A stretch of 64,000 bases of DNA from a virus (lineage: Duplodnaviria > Caudoviricetes), in IMG/VR virus record IMGVR_UViG_3300020452_000320, positions 1,641 to 65,640 of that record. One strand, 5' to 3'. Under the pieces are notes generated by a model, which ran no database searches, was not told the origin of the DNA, and worked only from the letters and a program-made list of their open reading frames with translations. Position numbers and translations under genes: made by a program. This document shows, piece by piece, positions 18,935 to 27,302 of this stretch (the stretch's first letter is position 1; each line of letters opens with the position of its first letter).

Positions 18935-19995
18935 AATTCTAAATCACTTGCCTCTACATATAAAGATTTCATCATGTTTGTAAGTCTTGATTTATCTAGA
19001 TTTACATCAAGTTCATCAATGTATCTTTCTAATAAAGTCATAGTATCTTCTGCATTTTTAACAATTGCATCATCAACATTTGATGCATCTAAATCACTAA
19101 AGTCCTCAACTATTTTTACTTCATGGGCTCCAGATGATGATAATACTTTATCAATAAACCTATCAAAATTATACATATCTTTTTTATTGACAACAACAAC
19201 CTTTACATACTTCTCTGATAAAGTTGATACATCATACTGCATATAATCTGTAGTTGTGTCATCATAATATACTTTTTCAAATATATTATATGGATTAAGT
19301 ATACGTTCTAATTGTCTTGTTTCAGTATCAAATACATGAAACCCCTTTGGGCATTTGTTATCACTCCAAGTAAGTTGGTATGTAGAACCCAAATAATGTA
19401 TATGTCCATTGTCAGACTTCTTGTGAAAGTGCCCTGTAAATACTGTATCAAATTTATTGAATAAATTAGATGGGTGTCCAGACTCAGAGAAATGACCATT
19501 ATGCATTTCAAAACCACTTATCTCTAGATGACCCATAGCAATCTGTGCATTACTTTCATTGATTGCATTCATAGTATCAGAATAGTTTTCTGTATTGATC
19601 CAAGGCAGAAACATAATAGGTGTATTATCAAATGTTACTGTCGTAGCTTCTGGATATATCTTTACATTAGGATATCTTCCCTCAACCAACTCTTCAAGTG
19701 AATTTACTTCATTAGTATTCTTGTAAAATGTATCGTGATTACCCACCATCATATGAACTGTGAGATTATTATCAACAATAGGTTTCATAAATCTTTCACG
19801 AAAATCTTTTGCAATCTTATAAGAAACAAACTTACGTCTGTCCATAATATCACCAAGATGTATAATAGTATCTATTCCACTATCTTTTACATATGGAAAA
19901 AATACATCATCCCAAAACTTATAGAAATAATCGTTGAAAAATAAATTGTCGTTCCTTGCGCCGAAATGTGTATCAGTTATTAGCGCTATTTTCAT
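18931..19995 (-). CDS. gp47: Mre11/SbcD-like nuclease (T4 gp47)
   Basis: DTHFG, HLGD, GNHD, GHFH metallophosphoesterase motifs. Confidence 0.95.
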   Translation of the reverse strand: MKIALITDTHFGARNDNLFFNDYFYKFWDDVFFPYVKDSGIDTIIHLGDIMDRRKFVSYKIAKDFRERFMKPIVDNNLTVHMMVGNHDTFYKNTNEVNSLEELVEGRYPNVKIYPEATTVTFDNTPIMFLPWINTENYSDTMNAINESNAQIAMGHLEISGFEMHNGHFSESGHPSNLFNKFDTVFTGHFHKKSDNGHIHYLGSTYQLTWSDNKCPKGFHVFDTETRQLERILNPYNIFEKVYYDDTTTDYMQYDVSTLSEKYVKVVVVNKKDMYNFDRFIDKVLSSSGAHEVKIVEDFSDLDASNVDDAIVKNAEDTMTLLERYIDELDVNLDKSRLTNMMKSLYVEASDLEL

Positions 19996-20533
19996 TTATT
20001 TCACTATCCTCATTATAAAACTTTTCAAGACCTTTTAATTGTTCTTTCTTTTTCTTGGGTTTGTAAACATCTTCGTTTGGTAGAAAATTCTTTTGTAAAT
20101 AATCTACATAAGCATTCTGATCCATGTCTGTACCATCAGCCAATATATCTATATTCATATTTTCTATAATCTTATGTTTAACGTGTTGTTGTTTTTTCTC
20201 TCTTTGTATTCTACGAATAAATGCATAATAAATGATTTGTGTAAAATATGCAAAAGGGTTTTTTGATTTTTCTGGATTAAAGTTAGACGCATATTGTAGA
20301 CAGTTTTCTATACCATCAGATATCATTTCATCTCTATATGTATAGTTAATAAAATTAGGTCTGTAGGATAAATGATTTGCAATCTTTAAAAAACATTCTC
20401 CAATATAATTTGTAACTGGTGGTTGTGGATCTCCAGTTTCTTCTGCTGATGCACAACTCTTTTTCCAATCTTTCATGGCTATTAAAAATTCTGCGTTATC
20501 AACGTAATGTATACTTTTTGCTCTTTTAGGCAT
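19973..20533 (-). CDS. gp55: Late-transcription sigma factor (T4 gp55)
   Basis: HYVDNAEFL, DEMISDGIENC, NPFAYFTQIIYYAFIRRIQREKKQ. Confidence 0.95.
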   Translation of the reverse strand: MPKRAKSIHYVDNAEFLIAMKDWKKSCASAEETGDPQPPVTNYIGECFLKIANHLSYRPNFINYTYRDEMISDGIENCLQYASNFNPEKSKNPFAYFTQIIYYAFIRRIQREKKQQHVKHKIIENMNIDILADGTDMDQNAYVDYLQKNFLPNEDVYKPKKKKEQLKGLEKFYNEDSEINENSANN

Positions 20534-20562
20534 AACTCCCCATTCCTTTATCTTTAATAACT

Positions 20563-20591
20563 AATATAATATAATTATATAAATTTGTCAA
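20563..20591 (-). promoter_or_regulatory. Sigma70-type promoter for gp55
   Basis: TTGACA-17 nt-TATATT. Confidence 0.65.
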
Positions 20592-20616
20592 TAGATAATA
20601 AAATTTAAAAAATATG

Positions 20617-20645
20617 TTGACTTCCTCTTGACAATGAGTTATATT
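20617..20645 (+). promoter_or_regulatory. Divergent plus-strand sigma70-like promoter (antisense)
   Basis: TTGACT-17 nt-TATATT with a second TTGACA nested in the spacer; no plus-strand ORF follows. Confidence 0.4.
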
Positions 20646-20665
20646 GACTATGCTAGGTATCAGAA

Positions 20666-21058
20666 TCAATGCATAGTATCTGAATAGTCAAAGAAATCTT
20701 CATACTCTTCTTCAAGTTCTATTTCATCTAATTCTTCGTCAGTAGGATAAATTAGCTCTTTATCTTCTTTTTTCATTCGTTCTATGCAATAATCATAAAA
20801 TTTAATTAATCCTACAGAAGCATTTGTTATTGTTAATATTTGTGATTTAGGAACTTCAAAGTTTTCTGTATCCGAAAAATGAATCCACCTATGTAAAGAT
20901 AAACTTTCTGACATACTACCATCTACAGTAACCTTCGGTCTAGCATGAATCTTCATGGGATGAGCTACAACGATATGTGTCTTATCTGGATTATTAGACA
21001 CTGCACAAACTATTTCTTCTCCACTTGTGAGTTTTAATATTTTTGCATCTATGCTCAT
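20666..21058 (-). CDS. Hypothetical protein (possible Sm-like fold, acidic tail)
   Basis: KILKLTSGEEIVC N-terminus; located between uvsW and gp55. Confidence 0.7.
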   Translation of the reverse strand: MSIDAKILKLTSGEEIVCAVSNNPDKTHIVVAHPMKIHARPKVTVDGSMSESLSLHRWIHFSDTENFEVPKSQILTITNASVGLIKFYDYCIERMKKEDKELIYPTDEELDEIELEEEYEDFFDYSDTMH

Positions 21059-22530
21059 TTTATTTTTATCCTTCTAATTTCATAATCAAATTCTTCTTCA
21101 TTATAGATATTTATTCGTTCCATAAAGTGTGTTAGTGTATAATTTTTTCTTGTTTTGTAAGTAAAATCATCTGCAATATCAAATAACATTGCAGAGTCTT
21201 TAGTTTCACTTTTTCTTAGTCCTCTACCTATAGATTGTAAAGTTCTAATTCTAGACTTACTAGGTGAAGAAAATACAATGTTATGTAAATTTCTAATGTT
21301 AATTCCAGTAGAAAAAGTTCCATATGAAGCCACAATAATTGCATCTTTTTGACCTTCTGTTATTGATCTAATTTCTTCTCTTGTTTCTGTATCGGTGCCA
21401 CCATAAACAAAAAATACTTTTCTATTCGTTTTTTGTTTTATCATATCATAAAGAATAGAACCATGTTTTTCTACTAACTGAAACAATACTAAAGTATTTT
21501 TATTTAGATTAAGTGTTAGATCTCTAATAAATTCATTTCTTTTCTGGTGGCCTACGATAAAATCTATTTCATCTTTGTATTTCATATCTTTAACCAGTTT
21601 ACACTCATATTCTGGATAATATAATATAAGAGATTGTATTGAAAACTTTGCAAGTGTATTTTTATCTATAAGTTCTTTAGTAGATATTATTTTATTTAAC
21701 TGGCCAAATAATCCTTCTAATACTAGTCTATGAGTTTGCATACCATCTAATGTTCCTGTCAAACCAAATCTGTATTTACATAAATGAAGTTTAGTCATAA
21801 TTGATGTAAGAGATTTGGATTTAAATAAATGAGCTTCATCTCCAACTACCATACCAAACTGTTCAAAGTATTTTTTGGGAAATTTATATATTGATTGCCA
21901 TGTAGATATAACGACAGTTTTTGTCACTTGTTTATCATAACCACTATAAATTTTTTGCATAAATGTATCTAACCAACCATAGTCAATAAAGTCGGAATGC
22001 ATTTGTTCAACTAATGATGTTGTGGGAACAAGTATTAATATTTTATTAGTGGTAGTAGCTTGTAATAATAAACTATAGTATCTTACTAAGACGTAAATAA
22101 TAAGCGATTTACCAGAAGCAGTAGGACTAAGCAAAAGAGCCCTATGTTTTCCAATTGCGTGAGATATTGCGTTAATTTGATAGTCACGTATCTTGATACT
22201 TTTTCCATTAGATCTAAGTCGGAGTCCTCTAATATATCCAAGTAATATTGCTCTGTCAATTTCTTTATCATCTTTTAAATCCTCGTCTACAGAATATTCT
22301 TCATTTAAATCTTGTAAATATTTAGTTAAGTATGTTATCAACCCAAGATACAATTCTCCTGTGGCTGGTGAAAATAATCTTATTTTACCATCCCAAATAC
22401 GATTCCTAAACGCAGGCATAAAACGAGCGCCTGGAACTTCAAAAGTAAAAAAATCAGATATAGTTCTTGCGATACTTGGTTCTGCGTTTACTTTGAGATA
22501 TACTTCGTTCTTCTTAGATATTTCTATCAT
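21055..22530 (-). CDS. uvsW: DNA helicase UvsW
   Basis: SPTASGKS, GDEAHLFK, GLTGTLDG, LQSIGRGLR; start coupled to the uvsY stop (TAATG). Confidence 0.95.
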   Translation of the reverse strand: MIEISKKNEVYLKVNAEPSIARTISDFFTFEVPGARFMPAFRNRIWDGKIRLFSPATGELYLGLITYLTKYLQDLNEEYSVDEDLKDDKEIDRAILLGYIRGLRLRSNGKSIKIRDYQINAISHAIGKHRALLLSPTASGKSLIIYVLVRYYSLLLQATTTNKILILVPTTSLVEQMHSDFIDYGWLDTFMQKIYSGYDKQVTKTVVISTWQSIYKFPKKYFEQFGMVVGDEAHLFKSKSLTSIMTKLHLCKYRFGLTGTLDGMQTHRLVLEGLFGQLNKIISTKELIDKNTLAKFSIQSLILYYPEYECKLVKDMKYKDEIDFIVGHQKRNEFIRDLTLNLNKNTLVLFQLVEKHGSILYDMIKQKTNRKVFFVYGGTDTETREEIRSITEGQKDAIIVASYGTFSTGINIRNLHNIVFSSPSKSRIRTLQSIGRGLRKSETKDSAMLFDIADDFTYKTRKNYTLTHFMERINIYNEEEFDYEIRRIKIK

Positions 22531-22958
22531 TAGATAGTACCATCTACAAACTTTCTCCATTCAATCGCATTTTTAATATCCCAACCTCTACTTTGTATTT
22601 GTTTTAATATTCTTTCACATGAGTCCATACAAATCTTATTGTACTCTGTTTTTTGTTTAGCTTTGATAAGTTCTTCATCTGATTCTAAATATATGTGTAT
22701 ATCCTGTTTTAATATTTTGTGATCAAAAGGATTATCACGATATATCTGTGGATCAGCCTTACCACCATAATATTCCCATTTTTTTCTATAAAGAATACGA
22801 TATTGTGCATCAGACATTAATTGTAGTTGTCTAAAGTTATTATAGATATTTAAATATTTTTGGTGTAGGTTTGCAGTTTTTAAAGATTCATCTCCTAACT
22901 CAACGTCATCAATCTTTAAATCTTTTTCTGCCTGTTTTTGCAATTCATCTAATGTCAT
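22530..22958 (-). CDS. uvsY: Recombination mediator UvsY
   Basis: DLKIDD, KWEYYGGKA, RGWDIKNAIEWRKF. Confidence 0.92.
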   Translation of the reverse strand: MTLDELQKQAEKDLKIDDVELGDESLKTANLHQKYLNIYNNFRQLQLMSDAQYRILYRKKWEYYGGKADPQIYRDNPFDHKILKQDIHIYLESDEELIKAKQKTEYNKICMDSCERILKQIQSRGWDIKNAIEWRKFVDGTI

Positions 22959-22977
22959 AATAATCCATTCTAAAAGG

Positions 22978-23065
22978 CGAGTAGGGTGTAAAACTTACTA
23001 GGTTTTATATTATTTCTTACTATTAAGAAACTAGGATTGGTGTTAAAGTTTACCATCTCCTACTC
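22978..23065 (-). ncRNA. Putative structured leader RNA upstream of uvsY
   Basis: Nested pairings GAGUAGG/CCUACUC, AAACUU/AAGUUU, CUAG/CUAG and UUUCUUA/UAAGAAA just after a late promoter. Confidence 0.45.
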
Positions 23066-23070
23066 TAATA

Positions 23071-23078
23071 TATTTATA
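23071..23078 (-). promoter_or_regulatory. T4 late promoter
   Basis: TATAAATA. Confidence 0.7.
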
Positions 23079-23676
23079 ATACTTCAAACTCGTACAAATC
23101 AAATTGAAACTGAACATCAGCAGTTATTCCTTCTCCAGTTGCATCTTGTGTATTATATGTTACACCAGATAATGATGATGGATAAAGACCTCTAAAATTA
23201 ACTCTAATCTTTGGATTGTTTTTATTGGACAGTATATGCATTGTTGCATCACTTGTCAATACTGATGGATTTAAAACTGGTGCATTTCTTACATTAGAAG
23301 TTTGCTTAGGAATTACTGGTAATGCACCAGGCTTTGTTTGTATTTCGTTTCTTAAAGCACTATCAAATTGTTCGTTGTCTTTGGGAAATCCTATACCAGT
23401 TATCCAATCATGCAATTCACGATAATTTGCTAAATCTTCTTGGACTATAAAAGTTACATTAAGTGTTTCATAAATGAGTGTATCTCCCATAAACGGCACA
23501 CCTTTGAATCTAGTATTTAATATCGCATCTCCAGACATACTAATGCCTGGAACATTTGCAGATGTTATCGTATACTCAACATTAGGTAATTTTAGAATAT
23601 CAAACCTAAACTGTGTTGGGTGTGTATAATCTAAAGTACTAGGTTGTCTGTTTAAAGAGTTAAAATTAACTGCCAT
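23074..23676 (-). CDS. gp3: Tail completion/tube terminator protein (T4 gp3-like)
   Basis: PTQFRFDILKLPNVEY, VQEDLANYRELHDWITGIG, SDATMHILSNKNNP; AAGGAG before the ATG at 23676. Confidence 0.85.
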   Translation of the reverse strand: MAVNFNSLNRQPSTLDYTHPTQFRFDILKLPNVEYTITSANVPGISMSGDAILNTRFKGVPFMGDTLIYETLNVTFIVQEDLANYRELHDWITGIGFPKDNEQFDSALRNEIQTKPGALPVIPKQTSNVRNAPVLNPSVLTSDATMHILSNKNNPKIRVNFRGLYPSSLSGVTYNTQDATGEGITADVQFQFDLYEFEVL

Positions 23677-23694
23677 AATGATCTCCTTCACAAG

Positions 23695-23702
23695 TATTTA
23701 TA
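23695..23702 (-). promoter_or_regulatory. T4 late promoter for gp3
   Basis: TATAAATA. Confidence 0.75.
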
Positions 23703-23714
23703 ACGACTTTGTGT

Positions 23715-23803
23715 TGGCTTTGAGGGAAGGGCTCGAACCTTCACGCAAAAATATTTGCACACAATAAACAGTTGTGCGTGTCTACCAATTCCACCACCTC
23801 AAA
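23715..23803 (-). tRNA. Atypical tRNA with anticodon GTT (Asn) and a long variable arm
   Basis: TTTGAGG/CCTCAAA acceptor stem, GTG-GAATTGGTAGA-CAC D arm, CACAA-CTGTTTA-TTGTG anticodon arm, GCAAA-TATT-TTTGC variable stem, GAAGG-TTCGAGC-CCTTC T arm, G73 and encoded CCA. Confidence 0.9.
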
Positions 23804-23807
23804 CTAT

Positions 23808-24632
23808 TTAAGCAGCTAACTTAACATTTATTCTGTCCAGTGCAGAAATTATTCTTGTCATACCAATTCCACCGCCAACTCTTGGAATAAAATCATATTT
23901 CAAAAATTCATTCAACTCTTTTTGTACTCTATCTTTTCCAAATAGTTTGTATAACAATTCTGCATACTCACCATCTGATATTGTTTCAAATGTATTTCTC
24001 ATTTGTTCTTTGTCTGTACTTCTTTCAGCAGAACCTATTGTTTCCATACCATTTAAAATTACGTCAATCTTTTTACTGGTAATACCATCCAAATCTTCGT
24101 TTCTTGACATATTCCAAAATGGTGAAGTAAACTCTGGAAAGTCTGTAATCATACCCCAATCAATAATTTCTTCGTGTTCATTTTCCAATTCACTTACATT
24201 AAATTGGTCACTCCATTGATCATAAGTTTGTATTTCTAATTCTGGAAACCCCATATGTTTACATAATTCTATTTCCATATTTTTAAGATCATTGATATCG
24301 CCAGGCATTTCAAATTCAAACATTGGAAATATTGTTTCATGTCTGCCAGGAATTGCATTTGGTTCTTGTCTATAGCTAGTGGAAACACAAAAAAACCCCT
24401 TACTAGAGGGGCGTGTTAATAGTTCATGTTCTAACCACATTTGTCCAGTTTGTGGCAGGGGCCATATATTCCCCATGTAATTATATGTTGCGACATTTTC
24501 TGGATCTTCGCAAGCCGCTAATATTGATAGTCGATTTTGTGTATGTACTTCTTCAAAACCTTTGGATAAAAAAAATGACCTCAAAAGGCCAACTGCGTGT
24601 GTAAATTTCTTAGGTGATATAAGTTGTGTCAT
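23808..24632 (-). CDS. Class IIb aminoacyl-tRNA synthetase-like protein, catalytic domain only (AsnRS/AspRS-like)
   Basis: Motif 1 LRSFFLSKGFEEVHT, LPQTGQMWLE, motif 2 SYRQE...RH...FPMFEFE, ETIGSAERS, motif 3 PRVGGGIGMTRI; 274 aa, no N-terminal OB-fold. Confidence 0.85.
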   Translation of the reverse strand: MTQLISPKKFTHAVGLLRSFFLSKGFEEVHTQNRLSILAACEDPENVATYNYMGNIWPLPQTGQMWLEHELLTRPSSKGFFCVSTSYRQEPNAIPGRHETIFPMFEFEMPGDINDLKNMEIELCKHMGFPELEIQTYDQWSDQFNVSELENEHEEIIDWGMITDFPEFTSPFWNMSRNEDLDGITSKKIDVILNGMETIGSAERSTDKEQMRNTFETISDGEYAELLYKLFGKDRVQKELNEFLKYDFIPRVGGGIGMTRIISALDRINVKLAA

Positions 24633-24649
24633 AATTTCCTCTTTTGTTT

Positions 24650-24674
24650 AAAAAAAGGGGGATAAAAATCCCCC
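24650..24674 (-). terminator. Intrinsic terminator after gp23
   Basis: GGGGGAT-TTTT-ATCCCCC followed by T7. Confidence 0.8.
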
Positions 24675-24707
24675 TAAAGTTATTATAGTATTTTTTACTA
24701 CATGAGA

Positions 24708-26009
24708 TTACATTAAGTTTGTTACCTGTACTCTTCTGTAGTATGTGTTTGCGTTTGCAGTAAGAGCACCACCACCAGCAGTTGCACCTTCAGCGAATGG
24801 GTTTGCTGTCATTCCATATCTGGTTTTGAAACCGATTTTTGGTTGAAATGATTGCTCACCTACTGCACGAACCATTTGTAATGGTACATATGGGCAGTAA
24901 AAGATACCAGCATCAAATGGTGATGCACCCTTATATCCAGATACAAAGTACTGTTTAGCAGAACCAGAATTTGCAGAATATGGATCAATGTAAACTTTAT
25001 GTCTACCATTGAGAACACCAGCAAATGTATTTCCAGTATCGTCTACAGTTAGGTTATTATTAAGAGCAGGAGTATAGTCTAATACACCAGCCATTTGAAG
25101 TGCAGAAGCAACGTCAGCAGAACAGATAATCATGTTACCTTTTCCTCTACGTGTTTCTTGTGCAATATGATTTGCTTCTCTTTCAAGTTGGAACATAAGT
25201 CCTTTGAACTTCTCAACTGACCAACGACCATTTGAGTCAACGTCCATATCAAATATTCCAGCATTTGCAGTTGTACCAGCAGCTGCACCAGCTTTAGCAG
25301 TTTTATATACTGTTCTTACAACTTCTCTATTGATTTCTGAAAGAATTTCAGAAGAAAGAATATTTGACAATTCTGTTTCTGCATCAAGACCATGAATTGC
25401 TTTTAAGTCTTGTGCAAGTTCCATTGAATATTCTGCTTTTAGTGCTCTTGATCTTGCAGTAACACTATGCTTTTCAATTGAGAATGCCATCTCTGAAAAA
25501 TTAGAAGATCCATCACCTAATTCTTCAGCAGCTGCAGTTGTCATAGCAACACCAGATACATATGTTCCTGGCGAACTATCGTTAAGAACAGCAGGGTTAG
25601 TACCTTGCATTTGAGTTGCACCACCTGAGAAGTCATTATCTGCTTCGTTATAGAATGCTTCTGTACCAGTTTGATTGGTGAAACGTGATCTCATTGCAAA
25701 AATAAGACCAGTTGGCCCTGTCATTGGTTGAACACCAGCAATATCATAAGCGATAAGATTTGGCATTGATCTTCGTACTAATGAAATTAGTATTGGATCA
25801 TAACCTTGAACATTCCCACTAGATGGGGCATATCCAGAGTTAGTAGGTGCGGCTTCTGATAAAAATTTATTATCTTCTTGAATAGCCTTTTCTTGATTTT
25901 CTAGAATAAGTGAGGTAACAGCCCTACGATAAGCATCATCAATCTTTGGAAGATTTTTGTGCTCAAGAACTGGTTGCCACTTTTCCTGTAGTTGTTCTGT
26001 ATTGAACAT
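24708..26009 (-). CDS. gp23: Major capsid protein (T4 gp23)
   Basis: EKWQPVLEH, GVQPMTGPTGLIFAMRS, RALKAEYSMELAQDLKAIHGLDAE, QPKIGFKTRYG. Confidence 0.98.
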   Translation of the reverse strand: MFNTEQLQEKWQPVLEHKNLPKIDDAYRRAVTSLILENQEKAIQEDNKFLSEAAPTNSGYAPSSGNVQGYDPILISLVRRSMPNLIAYDIAGVQPMTGPTGLIFAMRSRFTNQTGTEAFYNEADNDFSGGATQMQGTNPAVLNDSSPGTYVSGVAMTTAAAEELGDGSSNFSEMAFSIEKHSVTARSRALKAEYSMELAQDLKAIHGLDAETELSNILSSEILSEINREVVRTVYKTAKAGAAAGTTANAGIFDMDVDSNGRWSVEKFKGLMFQLEREANHIAQETRRGKGNMIICSADVASALQMAGVLDYTPALNNNLTVDDTGNTFAGVLNGRHKVYIDPYSANSGSAKQYFVSGYKGASPFDAGIFYCPYVPLQMVRAVGEQSFQPKIGFKTRYGMTANPFAEGATAGGGALTANANTYYRRVQVTNLM

Positions 26010-26041
26010 CCGTATTCTCCTTATTTGAGTTTTCTAAACAT

Positions 26042-26049
26042 TATTTATT
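26042..26049 (-). promoter_or_regulatory. Late promoter variant for gp23
   Basis: AATAAATA upstream of the AAGGAG RBS. Confidence 0.55.
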
Positions 26050-26055
26050 AATCTA

Positions 26056-27258
26056 CTATTTTTCAACGGCATTCGCTGGTACATTTCTACTGATTGCATC
26101 CATGTAAGCGGCCATTGCACCAGTTTCGTAAGACTCAGAACCAGTATTGGTTTCAGAATCCACAGATTCAGCGACAGTTTTTGCTTTTGGAAAATAACTT
26201 TCCTTAAGCGTATCGAGTTTTTCTTTGAAGGAATCTTCATCAGTAAACTCAACATCTTCTACAAGACCTTTAAACTTTTCTGCCTCTGTATCTGTCAGAT
26301 CAGAACAGGCTTGTGAAAATACTGATTCACGAACTAACTTTGAATTGTTTGACTTCATAGAAGCATTCTTTTCAATTTGTTCATTGAGTTTCTTTTCTAG
26401 TTCATCAATTTTTTCAGATTGTTGACCTAGTATATCATACTTCTCGTCTGGAACATCAATGTAATGCTCTTCAAACAATGCTTTAAGACCAGAAATAAAG
26501 TCCTCTGAAATTTCACCTTTAAGTCCTCTTTCAAGTGCAATTTCATTTTCCTTCATCCACTCTTCTACAACATAGTTCATATATGCGTCAACTTTTTCAG
26601 TTAACTCTACTTTGATGGTTTCGACTTCTTCAGTAATTGACTTGGACTTTTCTTCTTCCATTCTTACAATCTCTGAACGTAGTTTTGATTTAATTGCTGC
26701 TTCAAAAACAGTTTTTGCTTTGTTTTTGAACTCTTCAGATAAATCTTCATTTGAAGTTAAAGCATCTACATCATCAGAAACATCTACAGATGCAAGACGA
26801 TCTTCGATAGTTGATTCATCAACTTCTTCTTTATCATCTTCGTCATCAGCACCATTCATTTTTTCCATTTTATTATAAGCGGCTTTAAGATCTTTCTTTT
26901 CCATTTTTTTCATCATGGAAGTCATAGCCTTTATCATTTCACCATCAGACATTTCTTTTTCGTCATCATCTTCTTTTTCTTCTTCGATCTTATCTTGATC
27001 TGCTTGAGCTTCAGTATCTTCAGACTTTGTTGCCTTTGCTTTAGGTTCGGCTGCTTTTTTCATCTTGTCATCTGCTTTAGATGGCCCAGAGTCTTTTTCA
27101 TCAGGCTTTACCACGGCAGGCCCCAAGTCTTGAACTTCACCTTTTGGTTTTTCCATTGCGTCACTTTTAGCGGCACTTTTTTTCAGATCTGCTTTTTCTT
27201 CCAGTTCTGATTTTACTTCCGCTTCAAGCTCTTCAATTGTCTTGTCTAAATCTGACAT
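26056..27258 (-). CDS. gp22: Prohead core scaffold protein (T4 gp22)
   Basis: LSEEFKNKAKTVFEAA, YVVEEWMKENEIA, LFEEHYIDVP, KESYF; synteny. Confidence 0.92.
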   Translation of the reverse strand: MSDLDKTIEELEAEVKSELEEKADLKKSAAKSDAMEKPKGEVQDLGPAVVKPDEKDSGPSKADDKMKKAAEPKAKATKSEDTEAQADQDKIEEEKEDDDEKEMSDGEMIKAMTSMMKKMEKKDLKAAYNKMEKMNGADDEDDKEEVDESTIEDRLASVDVSDDVDALTSNEDLSEEFKNKAKTVFEAAIKSKLRSEIVRMEEEKSKSITEEVETIKVELTEKVDAYMNYVVEEWMKENEIALERGLKGEISEDFISGLKALFEEHYIDVPDEKYDILGQQSEKIDELEKKLNEQIEKNASMKSNNSKLVRESVFSQACSDLTDTEAEKFKGLVEDVEFTDEDSFKEKLDTLKESYFPKAKTVAESVDSETNTGSESYETGAMAAYMDAISRNVPANAVEK

Positions 27259-27291
27259 TGGACAGTTCTCCTTGACTTTGATTTCTACACA

Positions 27292-27299
27292 TATTTATA
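27292..27299 (-). promoter_or_regulatory. T4 late promoter for gp22
   Basis: TATAAATA. Confidence 0.75.
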
Positions 27300-27302
27300 A
27301 TA

